Virus record (IMG/VR): IMGVR_UViG_3300038321_000049
Coordinates: 1 to 47,093 of that record
Origin: a virus
Lineage: Duplodnaviria; Caudoviricetes
Strand: one strand, 5' to 3'
DNA: 47,093 nt
Under the pieces are notes generated by a model, which worked only from the letters and a program-made list of their open reading frames with translations, had not been told where the DNA came from and made no database searches. The stretch's first letter is position 1, and each line of letters begins with the position of its first letter. The position numbers were made by a program, and so were the translations under genes. This document shows, piece by piece, positions 24,765 to 37,400 of this stretch.

Positions 24765-26973
24765 AACTACATGGACTCATCTAGATATTATAGATGAGTC
24801 CACCTTATATGAAATGATGGAACAATTTAATAAAGATAATAAGGACATTATAGCTGCAGCATTTGATACTGAGACAACAGGGCTTCATCATATTTATGAT
24901 AAGCCCTTCTTGTTTCAGTTTGGATGGGTAACTAAACAACTACAAGGGTATACCTATACCGTAGACCTTGAGGTTCAGGAAGAACTAGCACGTAGAACTA
25001 TAACAATGTGGAACATCATGGCAGCTCGGACTCCTATATATCTAGGACATAATGTGAAGTTTGATTTAAACATGCTGATTAATATAGGGATACCCTATAC
25101 GGTAAACAATATATCAGACACCATGATATACATCAGACTGGCAGCAGATGCCATACCTGAAAGAAAAGGTGGAACACCCTTAGGTTTAAAGAAGTTTGCT
25201 AAACAGTTCATTTCTCCGTCTGCTAAAGACATGGACAACAAGTTACAAGAAGAACGAAAAGAAATTTCTACAAAGTTAAACAAACAGTTAAAGCAGGAAC
25301 TGCATTGGACTAAGAAAAAGATTGATGAGTTCTTCAATGATAAGATGAACACCTGGCAAGACTTGCCTGAACCACAGCGCAGTGGATACCAAAGGTGGCA
25401 TGACAATTTACCACTGTACCTACAGCACATTACTTCAGCATGTACCTCAGATGATATTCCATATCATAAATTAAATAGAGCCAATGTTAAATACTATGGA
25501 CACTATGATATCGTATGGACATTAGAGACATGGTTACTAACAGCTGAAGTAATACACATCAGGAAGAATAAAGAAGCACAGGAAATAGAAGACAATAACA
25601 TATACCCTTTAGTGCGTATGGAACGTGTTGGATTTAAGATTGATTATCCTTATCTCAAAGCTGCAAAAGAAAAGCTGCATGACTATATATTAATAAGACG
25701 ACAGGACTTAGAGCGCATAGCAGGAGAACCACTTAAATGTTCTCAGTCTAAACTAATTCTTCAGCTGCTACAACAACGGTTTGGTTTAACTGAAGTAACA
25801 ACTACCAATGCAGATGAATTGGGAAAAATATGTTCAGACTTAAAACACGCTGGGAATAATGTTGATGCAGTAGAATTTATTGAAACGTTGCAGGAACTAA
25901 GAACATTAGAAAAATGGTACAGCACTTACATTATGCGGTTCTTAAAAAATTATAAAGAAGAAGACGGCAAACTGTACACTACCATTAATCAGGTAGGCAC
26001 TGTATCAGGCAGAGTTACTTCAGACTTTCAGCAATTTCCTAAGGACGGTATCACTACACTGGACGGTGAAGAAATATTTCAACCGCGCAAAATGGTATTA
26101 GCTAAGGACAAAGACTTCATAGGTATTGTTTATCTTGACTATAGTCAGGTAGAGCTAAGGCTTCAGGCATTCTATACTATATTAATAGGACATCCAGACA
26201 CAAACTTGTGTAGAGCGTATATGCCATATAAATGCCACACTAAAGACATTAGCTTTGACTATACTAACCACAGACATATAGAACATGCATATGATTGGGA
26301 ATGGTTTTATGATGAAGAGCCTGAGAAACAATGGACACCCTTGGATGTACACGGTGCAACAACCAAAGAAGCATTTGATATTACTGAAGAAGACCCTGAG
26401 TATAAACACCTCAGGTATGTAGGTAAGCGTGTAAACTTTGCTAAGAATTATGGAGCGCAGTATGGGAAGATAAAAGAAATGTTTCCTGAATATGATGATG
26501 AACAAATTAAAAGAATTGATGAAGCATACTATAAAGCATTCCCAGGTGTAAAGGAGTATCATAACTACTGCTACACCATGGCTAATCAACAACCTTACCT
26601 CAGCAATATGTTTGGTACACGCTACTACAATGCATCAGGACATAACTTAATTAATATGTTAGTGCAGGGTACAGGGGCATACCTGCTCAAGACAAAAATA
26701 ATAAAAGTAGACCAGTATTTAAAAAAGCATAACTGTAAATCAGAATTAATGATGCAGATACATGATGAGATACAATTAAAGTGGCACAAGAGTGATAGCC
26801 CTGATATATTCTTTGATATTAAAAAGATTATGGAAGAATGGAACGACACATATGTTCCTATTGTATCTGACATGGAAGTAACTTTTACAAACTGGGCAGA
26901 AAAACAAGAAGTAAATAATAAGGAGGAACTATATGAGATATATACTAGGCATAGACCCGTCAGGAACATTTGA
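24757..26973 (+). CDS. polA: DNA polymerase family A with 3'-5' exonuclease
   Basis: ExoI DTETTG, ExoII GHNVKFD, ExoIII YGHYD; motif A DYSQVELR, motif B KRVNFAKNYG, motif C QIHDE. Confidence 0.95.
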   Translation: MLKTTWTHLDIIDESTLYEMMEQFNKDNKDIIAAAFDTETTGLHHIYDKPFLFQFGWVTKQLQGYTYTVDLEVQEELARRTITMWNIMAARTPIYLGHNVKFDLNMLINIGIPYTVNNISDTMIYIRLAADAIPERKGGTPLGLKKFAKQFISPSAKDMDNKLQEERKEISTKLNKQLKQELHWTKKKIDEFFNDKMNTWQDLPEPQRSGYQRWHDNLPLYLQHITSACTSDDIPYHKLNRANVKYYGHYDIVWTLETWLLTAEVIHIRKNKEAQEIEDNNIYPLVRMERVGFKIDYPYLKAAKEKLHDYILIRRQDLERIAGEPLKCSQSKLILQLLQQRFGLTEVTTTNADELGKICSDLKHAGNNVDAVEFIETLQELRTLEKWYSTYIMRFLKNYKEEDGKLYTTINQVGTVSGRVTSDFQQFPKDGITTLDGEEIFQPRKMVLAKDKDFIGIVYLDYSQVELRLQAFYTILIGHPDTNLCRAYMPYKCHTKDISFDYTNHRHIEHAYDWEWFYDEEPEKQWTPLDVHGATTKEAFDITEEDPEYKHLRYVGKRVNFAKNYGAQYGKIKEMFPEYDDEQIKRIDEAYYKAFPGVKEYHNYCYTMANQQPYLSNMFGTRYYNASGHNLINMLVQGTGAYLLKTKIIKVDQYLKKHNCKSELMMQIHDEIQLKWHKSDSPDIFFDIKKIMEEWNDTYVPIVSDMEVTFTNWAEKQEVNNKEELYEIYTRHRPVRNI

Positions 26974-27709
26974 TGAAGGCAAAGGAACAACAGGACTTGC
27001 AGTAATGGACAGCAAGAAAAACAAAATAATTTATACAGGATTTATTAAAGCAGTTAATTATGATTCACAAGAAAAATATTTCCACGCACATCTTCAGTGG
27101 CTGGATGAATGTAAAGAACGTTATAAAAATGATATCATCATCAGCCTTGAGGACTATGTGGTCTACGCTACTAAAGTACAGAACCATATAAACTCACACC
27201 TTGAAACAGCTCAGTTGATAGGACTGTTAAAATGGTATGCATGGTACACAGGAATTGTGTTAACTATCAGACTAGCTACAGCAGCTAAGACAAGGTTTAA
27301 TAATGAGATACTAGAACACCTGGGATATATTTATTGTGAGCAGGGACCAAAAGGATTTAATTGGTTCACTCCTGGTAAGCGTGTTCCACTGTTCACACAT
27401 GAGCAAGATGCTATCAGACATGCAGTTTACTGTTACAAGTTTGATAATACAGATGAAAAGATTAAACCAGGAGCTACGTCAAGTATAGCACCTAAATCTG
27501 AAAAAGAAAAGAAGAAAGAGTATTACTTAAATTGGTTAAAAAACTTCAATGAAAGTGCTGCAAAAGTAAGAACCCTTGCGTTTATAAACGACTATCCTAA
27601 CTCTACTGCATTTGCACAAGCACTGAGAAGGTATATAAGAAAAGCAGGGTACGATATAAAAATAACACAAAGAGAGGATACGGTATATGTCGAAAAGATA
27701 CAAAGATGA
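26933..27709 (+). CDS. RuvC-like Holliday junction resolvase with C-terminal extension
   Basis: ILGIDPSG..GTTGLA, SLEDY, HEQDAIRHA. Confidence 0.78.
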   Translation: MRYILGIDPSGTFDEGKGTTGLAVMDSKKNKIIYTGFIKAVNYDSQEKYFHAHLQWLDECKERYKNDIIISLEDYVVYATKVQNHINSHLETAQLIGLLKWYAWYTGIVLTIRLATAAKTRFNNEILEHLGYIYCEQGPKGFNWFTPGKRVPLFTHEQDAIRHAVYCYKFDNTDEKIKPGATSSIAPKSEKEKKKEYYLNWLKNFNESAAKVRTLAFINDYPNSTAFAQALRRYIRKAGYDIKITQREDTVYVEKIQR

Positions 27710-28445
27710 GGTAATAGCTAATGAACTAAAGCTATATACTGTGTGTGATAATGCTTATGATTTAGCACAAAATGATAATGATTCATTTATACTTATGAGA
27801 AAGAACGGATTCGGTGCATCTGACAGTTCTATACTGTTGGGTGTGAATCCTTGGAAGAAACTGCCGGACCTTGTTAAAGATAAACGAACCATGCAAGTAA
27901 CATCTGAAGATAAAGTGATAGGACAAAAAGAAAGTGTGCGCAAAGGCTCTGACTTAGAACCTCTTATATTAAAAAAGTTTGAACAGTTCTCAAAGCTGGA
28001 CTGTTATAAACCTGATGCTATGTATAGACACACGGTGTATGAACATCTGACAGTAGACTTCGATGGATTAGTTACAATGGGGAATACAATCATACCTGTT
28101 GAAGCTAAGTTTGCATCAAGGTATGCTCTAAAGTATTGGTCCCCTGAAAAATCTATTGATTCTATTATGGGTGGCAGGGAACTGAAATGTGCAGGAGCTA
28201 ACTTACAAGACCACATAACACAAGAAGCTGAACTGTATGGCATCCCTGTGTATTACTACACACAGCTACAGCATCAGATGCTTATGTGTAATAATGCACC
28301 GTTCGGATATCTGGCTGTCTTGTTTGAGAAAGACTGGGAGTTTAAAGTATTCAGGATATGGAGAGATGACTTTGCAATTGAACAGCTTGTTAGTATAAGC
28401 ATAGAGATATGGGAAGACATTAAAGAAAAGAGAGGAGAACCTTAA
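27687..28445 (+). CDS. YqaJ-like (lambda-exonuclease family) nuclease
   Basis: RKNGFGASD, GSDLEP, VDFDG, VEAK, YYTQLQHQM. Confidence 0.88.
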   Translation: MSKRYKDEVIANELKLYTVCDNAYDLAQNDNDSFILMRKNGFGASDSSILLGVNPWKKLPDLVKDKRTMQVTSEDKVIGQKESVRKGSDLEPLILKKFEQFSKLDCYKPDAMYRHTVYEHLTVDFDGLVTMGNTIIPVEAKFASRYALKYWSPEKSIDSIMGGRELKCAGANLQDHITQEAELYGIPVYYYTQLQHQMLMCNNAPFGYLAVLFEKDWEFKVFRIWRDDFAIEQLVSISIEIWEDIKEKRGEP

Positions 28446-28456
28446 AAGGTTCTCCT
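28433..28456. terminator. Bidirectional terminator at the convergence of the two gene arms
   Basis: AGGAGAACCT-taaa-AGGTTCTCCT, followed by GTTTTT on + and CTCTTTTCTTT on -. Confidence 0.8.
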
Positions 28457-31400
28457 GTTTTTATATTTTCTATCTGCATATATTTCACCACGTCTTAGTC
28501 TAGTAATAGATGCATTGCTATAACTATGCCATGCATTACTACGCATAGCCATTCTACTTGCACCGTACTTGGCATACATGTCTCTATACATATTTTTTCT
28601 ATATGCATTTCTAATATTTCTCCAGCTTGCAGGATAGTTTCCTTTGGTACTGAGTGCTGAAGATACTGTGTTGTATCCCAGAGTAACCTTATATGCATTC
28701 CTGCTGCCAAAGTTTCTGCCATGCAATACATTTACAAGAGAGTAAGTTTTAGAACTATTCCATCTTTGGTTGTAAGGCTTGCGATTGTACTGATGATTGA
28801 TACGTGCTCTACGCATATAATGCCTTCTAGGTCTGGGTTTACGTTTAACATATCTACGTCTGGTGTACCAATGTTTCCATTTTTTATATCTGTTGGATGC
28901 ATATTGATTGTACTGTCTAGTACGTTTAAGTCCTCTACAGTCTATTAAAATTCCGTCTAAGGTTAGGTATGCTCCGTTGACCATCATCTGTTTAGCTTCT
29001 GCTTCAGTGATACCTTTGATGTTAACTAAGAAGCTAAGAGTCCTACCATACGCACCTTTCTCATACTTCATGAAGTCTGGTAGATTTCCATAGTAGGTAT
29101 AAAAATCTTCTTTGTTCTTAGCAGTCAATACTGCTGATTCTTCATCAGATAAATAATGAGGCTGTCCGTGTATGTCTACGTAATAGTTATGGTCAAGAAT
29201 ATAATTTCTTGCCTGCTGTGTAGAAAAGCCCATACGCTTTATAAGGTCTTTAACTGTCCTTGTAGCAGCTCCGTCTTCGTACCTAAACCATTCTGGCAGT
29301 CCTGTATAAAACTCACTGTATGAGGCTGCTAGGCGGTCCTGAATGGATGTTACAGTTTCAGGTGCAAGTTGCTTATAGTTACCAAACACATCTATGAAAC
29401 CGTTTTCATATAATAACTTAGCCCATATCTGTGCTTCATTTAATCCCTGACTTCTATAATACTTTCTAAGCTCAGTGAACTGACCGTCAGTGTATTTAAC
29501 ATAGTCAGGCAGTCTGTCGTATATAGTAAAGAACACGGAATCATTTAGCTGTTTCTCCTGATTCACTAACCACAAGTCATCTCCATTCCACAGGTCTTTA
29601 TTCATCATCACATGTAGTGCCTCTGTCATGGAGTATCCTCGGTCAAGCATATGCTGAAGCAGCATGTCAAATGTATCTGGATTATACCACCAATTGTCAG
29701 GAGCGTTGTTCATATCATTACCAGCCAGAGCTGAGATAATAGCTCTTGCTTCTTCTGCGGTGTATCCCATACGCATGAACATAGCAGAATAGTCTACATA
29801 AGTTCGTGGGTCTTTGCTGAAGAATGTAGGTATATAGCTGACACCAAATACATAACGGTGTGTAGCCTTATAGTTATCTGACTGTGCATACCAGTCCGTG
29901 CCTATAGGTCTATCATAAAAAGACTTGTTATATATTGTACCTATTAATCCTGGTAGTATTGTGCCAGTGATATCAAAGAACTGCTCTGTAATAGTATTCA
30001 AGTATTCCTTGGTTAACTCAGGATTTATAGCAATAGCAAAGAGGTCTTGCATATTAACCCTACCATTCTTCATATGGTTTACAGCCAGATTAGCTAAGGC
30101 ACCTAAGAATGGTATGAAGTCCATTACATCATAGTAGTTAGCTGTTACCCATTTCTTTATTGCTTCTGGGTTAAAGTTAGAAGTAACCATGGTTTTAAAT
30201 AAACCTAATACAGTTTGTATAGGAGAATACACACTGTCTTTAATTATGTCAGGGACTTCACCATGGACCAGCTGAGGTATAGCTAGTAACAGGTCATTCA
30301 TCAAAGCAAATCCTTCAACAAAAGTGTTGCCTACTTTAAGTACATGATGCCTGCCTAAAGGAATACCACCAGCTAACTCAGCATACATTCCAGGCTGTCC
30401 TTCATAGGTAGCAATAACTCCTTCCTCTCCCATGATAGTCTGTGCTAAAGAAGACCAGATACCATCTGTGCTCTCTTCAGCATCTACATCTCCAATGCTG
30501 TTCATAGCTATTTCACCACTAGCAAGTTTATCTCTGATAATAATACCTCTGACAAGATTCATTATCTCTTCAGTGTCATACCCAACACCTGTGTTTCGTG
30601 TGAGCTTAGTCATCTGCCTGATGACATTAAAATGTTGTGGTGCTTCAGTCATCCAGTATGCTGCGTTGTACATTTTAAATGTACTGAATGGTGCTGCTAT
30701 CTCCAGCTTATCCATCCATGCAGGTCTGGCTGAGTAATCAAACTGAGACTGTATTATCTTTTTATTGGCAGCAGATGGTGAGTATCCTCTATCTGCATAG
30801 TACATGAACAGTGCCAGTCTGGTATTATCCTCAGCAGCACTGAAGAGATTAGAGTTCATTGTAATGTAATTAGATATCAATGATTTACCTTTAGTTAGTT
30901 TATCTACATCAGTAACATCAGGCTTTGGTGCCTGCCCTAAGTAATACATAATGCCTGGTATCTTTCTTACCCAGTCTGTAAAGGTAGCTGAGGTAGGAGT
31001 ATATCCATAGAATGCATCAGACAATATATCAAGTACCTCTCCTGTGATTCCTTCTTTCTTTAGTGCATCATGAACAAGAGCTTTAGATGCTACTGTACTT
31101 TTAGATATCTTGTGTGCCTCTTTGTTGTACTGCTCTTGGTACACCCTCATAGCTTTATGTATAGTTTCATCTGATACACCATAGTTCTTTAACAACTCTT
31201 GTAGTTTATTAAAGTTACCCTGTACTTTAAGCCCCATTAAACTGGATAACATACCACCAGCAGAAGCTGAAGTACGGTGTGCCATTATGAGTCTTACTTG
31301 GTCTAGCGTAAGTCCTACTGTCTCATCAGGATGTTCTTTAAATAATTTAATGATGCTGTCTATAGAGCCTGTGTTGTAATATCCTACTGCTTTAGCATAA

Positions 31401-34400
31401 ACATCTTCATATTTATTGAGCAGCTCAGGTGCATTAATCATGTACTTAAAGAACTCAGGGTCCCCTGTAGTTAGATATCCTTTCATAGGAGAGTCTATAT
31501 AGTTACGTATACCTGTAGCAGGATTACTAAATAGATACATAGTCATACGTGCTGAACGAATCTTCTGATTCCACCACTTAAATGCCTCATGCATTCTAAG
31601 AGAGTTGGCATCCATAACATTATATTTAACTGTAAGGTTGTGTCCTTTACTGAACTGTACCATTTCAGAGTACACATCATTAGGCATAAAGATTACTGAA
31701 GTATCATTCATTGCACGTTTAAAATCTATGGAATCTTTTATCTGTACTTTCTTCACTTTGTACATGCCGTTATCTTTAACAATGCCTTTACTGAGAACCA
31801 GACCATTATAATTAAGCTGTCTGTTTAAGTCTTTGTAGTCTTTAAACTTAATTCCTGTGCTGTCCACCAGGTACTTCAGACTCTGTGTGTTATTATTATA
31901 CAAGGCAAATTTATTTTTAACTGCCTCTAAATTATTACGTACTTGGTACATACCATTACCCATACTTTTAATGAGGTCAGGTGTGTAATATTGAATAAGA
32001 TTATCTGCTATGATTTTATCTGGGTCAGCCCACACTGAGCATGTGAACGAGTCATCAAAGAATCCATAAGCATTTAAGTCATCAAGATTTAATCGTGAGC
32101 TTTCAGGAAACAACTCTTGTAATCCTTTAGCTGTGTCCTGTGTGTTAACGTTGAATGTAGATATAGCCCAGTTCTCTGGCAAGCTCTCAGATAGTTTACG
32201 GTACATAGTATTATAAGGTCCCTTGACTATATCTATAGGACCAGCTGTGTCAGTAGAAGCTGCATGTAAATCACTCATATATTGTGTCCAGTTAGTGAGA
32301 TTATCATGCATACCTGAATAATCTACATGGTAGTCTTTTAGACTTTGATAAAATCTATCAGCATTTTTATTGTTCAGATTGCTAAGGTCATGATATACTT
32401 TTATGTTATCATCTGCATACTTGATAGTAAACATAGGTGATTCTTTTAATGACTCAAGCCTATTTAATACAGTGCTGCGTAATTCTTTATTCTTCATCAT
32501 AGTACTGTTCAAGTCTATGTACAAAGTATTTTTACAGTCACGTACAAGGTATACAAAAAAGTCTTCATCAGACAGGTTGAATACAGTTTGCATAGCTGCA
32601 TGTCTATGCGCTTGTGCCATGTCTGTCATACCTGATTTAACTTTTTGAATCCTGCTGGCTCTATCATATGTATCTTTCAAGGTGTCCATTGTCATTGTGC
32701 TAGGCTGAGTAACATTAATACCTACTGTATTATTAAGAAAGTCAAGGTAAGGCTGAATGATATCCTTGAATCTTTGGTTGGCTATGCTGTCAGCAGCTGA
32801 TATTATATTGCCTGCATTATCCAGAGAGTCTTGCATAGCAACATAACTTGTTAGACTGTTGGCAGTGCTGATATATTCTTTAAAAGTGTTGACATCATCT
32901 AAACGAAGTGACATATTATCAGCTGTACCAAACAGCTTACTGTAGTACGTCCTGTCATTTAATGTAAATGAAGCTGTCTTTGTATTAAATATTAATCCAT
33001 CAGCATTGTTAACGAGCTTAAACAAACTGTCAAGTTCATCACTTTTACTTACAGCATTTGATATAAAGTATATAAAAGTATTTGTTTCATCTACACGCTT
33101 GAGTTTATTAAACAACCAGAGCGTACCAGCATACATTACCTCAGAGTTTTTAGTATTGAGTCTGTCAAGCAACTTAATCGTTTCATCAAGTTCTGCTAAC
33201 TGGGATGCTTTAGCTTCGCTTAGCATTATCATCTGAAGATTTTTATAGGTAGGTGTGTCAATACTATTAATCAGTTCAGGCTGTCTAATACGTTTAATAG
33301 TATTGTACAGCTCATCAGAAAAACTTTTAAGCTGTCGTATATGTTTAGCTGTGTCAACCTTTAGATACTTCTGAAGTGAAGGCTGGTCAAATAGATATTC
33401 ATTCAGCTTGCCATCTATAAGTTTCTCTACATTAAAAGTTATATTCTTGTTCTCAAGTTTCATAGCATCTCGTAAAAGACTCGGTACATCTATACCTACT
33501 AAGTCTGACTCAGGTTTATATTCTTTTACTATATCAAGTAATACTTTCTCTCTGACAAGGACATCTTCAAATCCTTTAGCCATTCCACTAGTTTTATTGT
33601 TGAGCGCACGCGTTGCATCATCAAGATTGCTGAGCATGTTACTGGCTGCTTCAATAAAGTTATCAGGATAAACCACACCCGTACTATCCTTAAACTGGTG
33701 TACATTAATGTCCATGTTTAAATTATGGGCACTGGAAAACAAAGTGCCGTCAAAGGTAGTAAGTAATTCTTGTGTATTGTATTGCTGTGCAAGGTCTACA
33801 TTACGTGCTATGATGTCTTTCAAAGTATCTTTAGTTACTGTATCATACACAGGAATGCCTTTATTAACACGTATAAAATCAGCTACATCAACAGTCATAT
33901 CGTTGTGCACTGATATAGCATTTTCTCTGATATACTTATTCAGTGCTCTGTCTTGGTTTGTTCCCATGATACCGTTGTTGTATCCTATGAATCGGATAGA
34001 TTTAGCACCGTCCTCTGATTCAGTAGCTGCTTGTTTAATCTTACCCAGTGTATCAGAAACAGCTCTGTCAAAGTCCAGCTTGTGCAGCCCGTTCTGTATG
34101 TTTAATGCAGCAAACTCTGCCTGAGCTGCAGCTGCACTCATACCATGGTTAGCAGTAGGATAATCTGGCAGTGGGTTATATATAATATCCTTATTCTTTA
34201 AAGTAACTGTGGTATCCCCATACTTTAAAGTAATCATATAAGGGTCACCGTAATCATTAGTTTTAGAGATAGAGTACAACACATCATAGTATTTATTAGA
34301 TTCTTCTGCCAGGTAGGTTTTAGCACTTTTTGTAGCATCAAGGACATCCTGAAGAGCCTGCACATTACGTTCTGTATTCAGGCTGTTCATGTTACGTCTC

Positions 34401-37400
34401 ACACCATTCTTGAGCTGAGCAAATTGTTTAACATCCACCTCAGTAGTGTGTGCGGTATAAGAAGCAGCAGTCTGAATGATATGATTAGTTATACTGTCCA
34501 CTCCTCTATTAACAGAAGTAGCATCCCACACGTCCATGTTCTTAAAGATGCTGTTTACATAGTGCTGTTCCCCTGATAGTGCATCAACAATACCACTGGT
34601 GTATATAGGTTTAATGTCTGAAAGAGATACATCTTTAAAGATGTTGCTGGTAGCTTTAAATGTAGCAGCTTCAGATAAAATATTACTGTAAGGTTTAGCT
34701 ATAGTGTAGTCTAAAGTATCTACAAGATGAGTATAAGGAGAGTTATTTGATAGGAATGCATCTACTACATTATTTAAATCTGTGTTAGAAGCATACTCAA
34801 TAGCTCTATTAGATTTAGTAAGCATACCTGTATACACTCTCAGTTCTTTTGACAAGTCTACGTCAGCTGGAAGGTCTTTAACATTTTTATAAAATACATC
34901 TGACAATTGTTGTTTAGTTAAATCTATATCATACTTATCCTTAAATGCTTTCTTAAATCCTTGCACAACTTCATTAGTAGTTGCTTGCTGGTTAGCAGGG
35001 ATAGCAGGATGTGTGTTAAAATATTTAAGCTCTACTTCTTTATTAACTTTGTACTGAGCACTGCTTGCAATAGAGTCACGTATATCTGAAGTATATGCTT
35101 TAAACACAGCCTGAGCTTCTTCAATAGGTTTAAGTACATTGTCCAAGTCAACAACAGACGTAGGTAGATTATCTGTAGCTTTAGTGATAGCTTGCTGTGC
35201 ATTCATGATTACATCATTAAGCTGGTCTTTAGTTATTTTTGAAGTTCCTTCAATATATAAACTTCTTGCATTATCAAATGATTTAACAAGAGCATCATAC
35301 TTTCCTGCTATGTCTCCGTTATATTGTACAGTTTCTCTAAGACTTTGTTTGTAAGTGTTGAGCATAGAGTTCCATTCTTGTAAAGGCTTTATGATTTCAT
35401 CCACTTTACGAACTACACTTGTAGTCTGATACTTGTTATACTGTCTCTGTATTCTGCGTAACTTAGTGATGTTACTATTATCAAGAACACTGTATAGTTT
35501 TTTATTTGTTCGTCCTATAGGTTGTTTAAGCATATTAAAATAATCCTGAAGGTTATTAATGTCAGGGCTAATAGCATTAAACTTTTTTGTAAGGTCTGTT
35601 ATAGACGGATTACTGAACAGACTATAATATATCTCATCAAGCTCTGTATCAATAGTATCATTGATAATGGCTTTATGTGCTGTGCCAAGTAATTCATCTC
35701 CAACATTACGGCTGAGTAGTTCAGCTGAAGTAAGCGTGTGTACCTCACGCTCTACTGTTTTCATAGCCTCATCCATATTAACCACAGATGCAGGCTTCTC
35801 ACCTAGCTTGGCTTTAAGTCTGCCTACCATAGTGCTTAGGTAGTTAGCTGTGTTCATCATCTCTGGGTCAGCCTGAATAATATATTTAATTCCTTGCGCT
35901 ATCTTCTGTACAGGTTTAACAGGAAGTATCATGTTGAAAGCAATCTCATCAATAAAATCCAGGGATTTTTTAATGTGTGTCATCTTGCCTATCATCTTAT
36001 AAGAATCACCAAGAGCTTTAGCAGTATCATTACCAGTAGCCAACACAGCGTTGATAGCAGTTCCTACTTGTTTACTACGAATAGCCTTAGCTGCAGCTGC
36101 TTGAGAATCTCCAAGCTCAGACATACGAGACATAAACAAGTGTACGTCATCTGCTCTATTTTTAAGCACACTAACCCACTCAGTGTCAGGTAAATCTTTC
36201 ATAATGTATTTCATCTTACCACCTGATTGAGCTGCGTTCATCAACTGTTTAGCTAAGTTTTTATTTATCGTATCCTCAATAGGCATATCCTGCAGTATAG
36301 CATCATTAACTGCATGCTTGGCTGCACGTTTAATTTCACGTTCAGATAACTCATCACCAAAGTCTGTACGCTTTACGATATCCGTCATACGGTCTGACAC
36401 ATCATCTATCATAGAACCTGCTTTAGACATTTTTAATGGAGCTAAGCCTACATAGAACGAGGGGTCAAGAAATAAATCTAATGCCATCTGTGCAGCAAAA
36501 GATATGAATCCTTCGTCTTCATCTAACCATAACATTTCATATTCAAACTGAGGAGTGGCTGAATCATATGCACCCCAATATGCTTTAGTCATTACATTAG
36601 CCATGACATCAGCTCTGGCTTTATTTTCTTTCTCTTCTTCTGATAGTGTATTATCTATAGGAGCAAGCTGCTGTTTGAGTATTTCATCAGGAGCATTAAG
36701 TGCCTGTTCATAATACTTCTGCAATCCTGCCTCGTTTATTAAATCTTCTTTACCATATATCTGACTGGCTACCATACCAGGCTTTAAGACATTAAACATA
36801 TCAAAAGTCTCACCCAGATTAGTCAGCGTATTAGTGAGAAGCATACCTCCTGCTTGCTTAATAACTTTAAATTGTTGAGACAAGCGTGCATCAAGATTAG
36901 CTCTGGTGCCAAACTCTTTTTCTAATTGCTTAGCTGACATCTTAGGATTAGCTAAACGGTACTGTTCCATTCTTTTATTGTAGTCTGCTAAAACTAATTT
37001 GTCATCTGTATCCCAGTGGTTGATTAAAAAACTAATAGGCTTTACCCAAGTTTGTTTGAACTGTGCTACTAAATCTTTACCAAGAGTTTTAATATCTTTA
37101 ACTTCAAGGTCTACTAAAGGTCTAAACTCATGTGTATCATTAAAAGAAGTAGCTCCTACAAACTTACGGATAGCATCAGAAGCAGAGTTCATCTGTTTAT
37201 CATCCTTAGGGTCTGAGTAATACTGCCTCATTTCTTCATACTCTGCACGTGCTTTGTTTACTTTATCAACATTGGCATGCATAGCATTCTTCCAGTCTCT
37301 GTTCATAACTATATCACTCAGCCCATACTTTTGAAATTCAGCCTTAGCTGAATCATACTGTCCTTGTAACTTTTGAAGTTTAGTAAAGGTAGCATTATAA

